A DNA stretch of 64,000 nucleotides from an uncultured Candidatus Rokubacteria bacterium. Lineage in GTDB: Bacteria > Methylomirabilota > Methylomirabilia > Rokubacteriales > CSP1-6. Shown in pieces: positions 62,314 to 64,000 of the stretch. The stretch covers positions 416,001 to 480,000 of the forward strand of contig CAVWFS010000019.1 of the NCBI GenBank assembly GCA_963754315.1. The letters are read 5' to 3'. The notes under the pieces are model-generated. The model did not search any database. It was not told the DNA's origin and saw only the letters and a list, made by a program, of their open reading frames with translations. Both the position numbers and the translations under genes were made by a program. Every line of letters starts with the position of its first letter. Position 1 is the stretch's first letter.

Positions 62314-63224
62314 CGGCTGTCCCTCACCAGGTGAGCCAGCATGGCGATGAACTCGGGATGATCGCTCACCGTCCGCGCTCGATGGATCGTCATCCCGTGC
62401 TCACGGGCAATGGCGCGCGCCTCGATGTCAAGGTCGTAGAGGATCTCCACGTGGTCGCAGACGAAGCCGATGGGGACGATGACCGTGTGCTTCTCGCCGT
62501 CGGCGGCCAGGCTCCTCACGACGTCGGTGATGTCGGGTCCGAGCCAGGGGTCCTTGGCATTCCCGCTCCGGCTCTGGTACGCGAGAGTGAGCCGCGGATG
62601 CTCGAGCCGCTCGATGACGGCGTGCGCCGCCTGCTCGAAGTCGGAGACGTACGGTGAGGCCTCGGCCATGGCCACCGGGACGCTATGGGCAGTGAACACC
62701 ATCGGCGTCCAGCGCCGGTCATCCTGGGGAACTTCGTCCAGGGCAGCTTCGGTCCGGTCGGTGACCGCCGCAATGAAGAGCGGATGCAGGCCCCAGGCCG
62801 GGGCGAAGAGCACCTCGGGAGAGTCGGGGGTTCTCGCGCGCGCCTCCGCCACGTCGGTCATGTATCGATCCCAGGATGCCTCCGTCCGGAAAGACGACAG
62901 GATGATCCCGAGCGTCTGGCGGTGACCCTTGACCGCCATCTCGGCCAGGGTCTCGTGAAGGAACGGGTGCCAGTTTCGCTGGCCCACGAAGACAGGCAGC
63001 CGAATGTCCTCGGCGCGCAGCAGCCTTTCGAGGGCCATGGCCTGGGCCCGCGTCAGCTCGTTGATGGGGGAACGTCCACCCGGCATCTGCTGGTAGTGCC
63101 GGACGACCTCCTCCAGACGCTCCGCCGGGATCCGTCGTCCTCGCGCGACGACTTCCAGGAACGGGCGGACCTCGGACTGGTCGGTGGGCCCGCCGAAACC
63201 GATGAGGAGCACCGAGTCGATCAC
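62310..63224 (-). CDS. hemH: ferrochelatase
   Basis: LLIGFGGP, FTAHSVP, AYQSRSG, WLGP, GFVCDHVEILYDLD. Confidence 0.94.
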   Translation of the reverse strand: MIDSVLLIGFGGPTDQSEVRPFLEVVARGRRIPAERLEEVVRHYQQMPGGRSPINELTRAQAMALERLLRAEDIRLPVFVGQRNWHPFLHETLAEMAVKGHRQTLGIILSSFRTEASWDRYMTDVAEARARTPDSPEVLFAPAWGLHPLFIAAVTDRTEAALDEVPQDDRRWTPMVFTAHSVPVAMAEASPYVSDFEQAAHAVIERLEHPRLTLAYQSRSGNAKDPWLGPDITDVVRSLAADGEKHTVIVPIGFVCDHVEILYDLDIEARAIAREHGMTIHRARTVSDHPEFIAMLAHLVRDSR

Positions 63225-64000
63225 GCCGCCCCTCTTCGATCCGAGAGCTCGTGAACCATGTCGACGAGCGCCTTCACGTGCTCCACGGGGGTTTGCGGGA
63301 GGATACCGTGACCGAGATTGAAGATATGCCCGGCCCGGCCTCCGGCTTGGTCGAGGATGGCTCGCACCCGGTCGCGAATTACCGGCAGGCCTGCGAACAG
63401 CACCACCGGATCCAGGTTGCCCTGGATGGCTACGTCGTGACCGACCGCACGCCATCCGACGTCGAGGTCGACCCGCCAGTCGAGCCCAATCACGTCGCCG
63501 CCTGCTTCGCGCATGAGCGGGAGGAGGGTGGCCGTCCCGGTGCCGAAGTGGATGACCGGCACACCCGCCGGGAGAGCGCTGATGAGGGCCCGGCTGTGCG
63601 GCAGCACGAAACGTCGATAGTCGTCGGGCGCCAGGGCTCCTGCCCATGAATCAAAGAGCTGCACGGCCTGCACCCCCGCGGCGATCTGACCCCCCAGATA
63701 GCGGGCGGTAACGTCGACGAGCACCGTCATGAGCCGGTGCCAGGCCTCGGGTTCGTCGTACATGAGGCACTTGGTGTGGCGATAGTCGCGCGACGGTCCC
63801 CCCTCCACCAGATACGAGGCCACCGTGAAGGGCGCGCCGGCGAAACCGATGAGCGGCAGCCCTTGTGCCAGCGCGCGGCGCACCCGACGAACCGTCTCGA
63901 AAACGAAGCCGACCTCGCTCTCGACGTCGACCGGTCTGAGCTTCGCCACCGCCTCCATGCTCCTGATGGGACGATGGATGACAGGGCCTTCTCCCTTGGC
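63221..64000 (-). CDS. hemE: uroporphyrinogen decarboxylase (3' part)
   Basis: IGFAGAPFTVASY, QLFDSW, QGNLDP, IFNLGHG. Confidence 0.96.
   Translation of the reverse strand, partial: AKGEGPVIHRPIRSMEAVAKLRPVDVESEVGFVFETVRRVRRALAQGLPLIGFAGAPFTVASYLVEGGPSRDYRHTKCLMYDEPEAWHRLMTVLVDVTARYLGGQIAAGVQAVQLFDSWAGALAPDDYRRFVLPHSRALISALPAGVPVIHFGTGTATLLPLMREAGGDVIGLDWRVDLDVGWRAVGHDVAIQGNLDPVVLFAGLPVIRDRVRAILDQAGGRAGHIFNLGHGILPQTPVEHVKALVDMVHELSDRRGAA

Overview
GC-rich (visually about two-thirds G+C) chromosomal core region of a diderm bacterium, as shown by Mla, SurA and lipoproteins. Gene content and the GC-rich palindromic repeats suggest Candidatus Rokubacteria/Methylomirabilota, which is inference only. 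The left half is a long minus-strand run: atpZ-atpI-atpB-atpE-rex-mfd-surA, rho, rpmE, prfA-prmC-murA-hisGDBHAF-hisIE-lipoprotein-mlaEFD-radA. Next come an Fe3+/PgtC-like ABC transporter, a ugpBAE + 2x GDPD operon, and a stand-alone nuoLMN-HAD-glpD operon divergent from an M23 peptidase. These are followed by a type III PKS cluster, a MurNAc/GlcNAc salvage island (murQ, namZ, nagZ, SSS transporter, sugar kinase) enclosing a sigma54 two-component system plus lipoprotein, an Ldh2/APC operon, and hemE-hemH-hemY. No rRNA, tRNA, CRISPR or transposase was recognised. Most notable observations: (1) a structured 85-86 bp tandem repeat family at two loci; (2) recurrent leaderless-type promoters; (3) three coupled genes that appear to need CTG/ATC/ATA starts; (4) split complex I distal membrane genes; (5) an apparently cytoplasmic NamZ/NagZ salvage system; (6) the T3PKS cluster. 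Several single-base frameshifts in housekeeping genes are probably long-read consensus errors.
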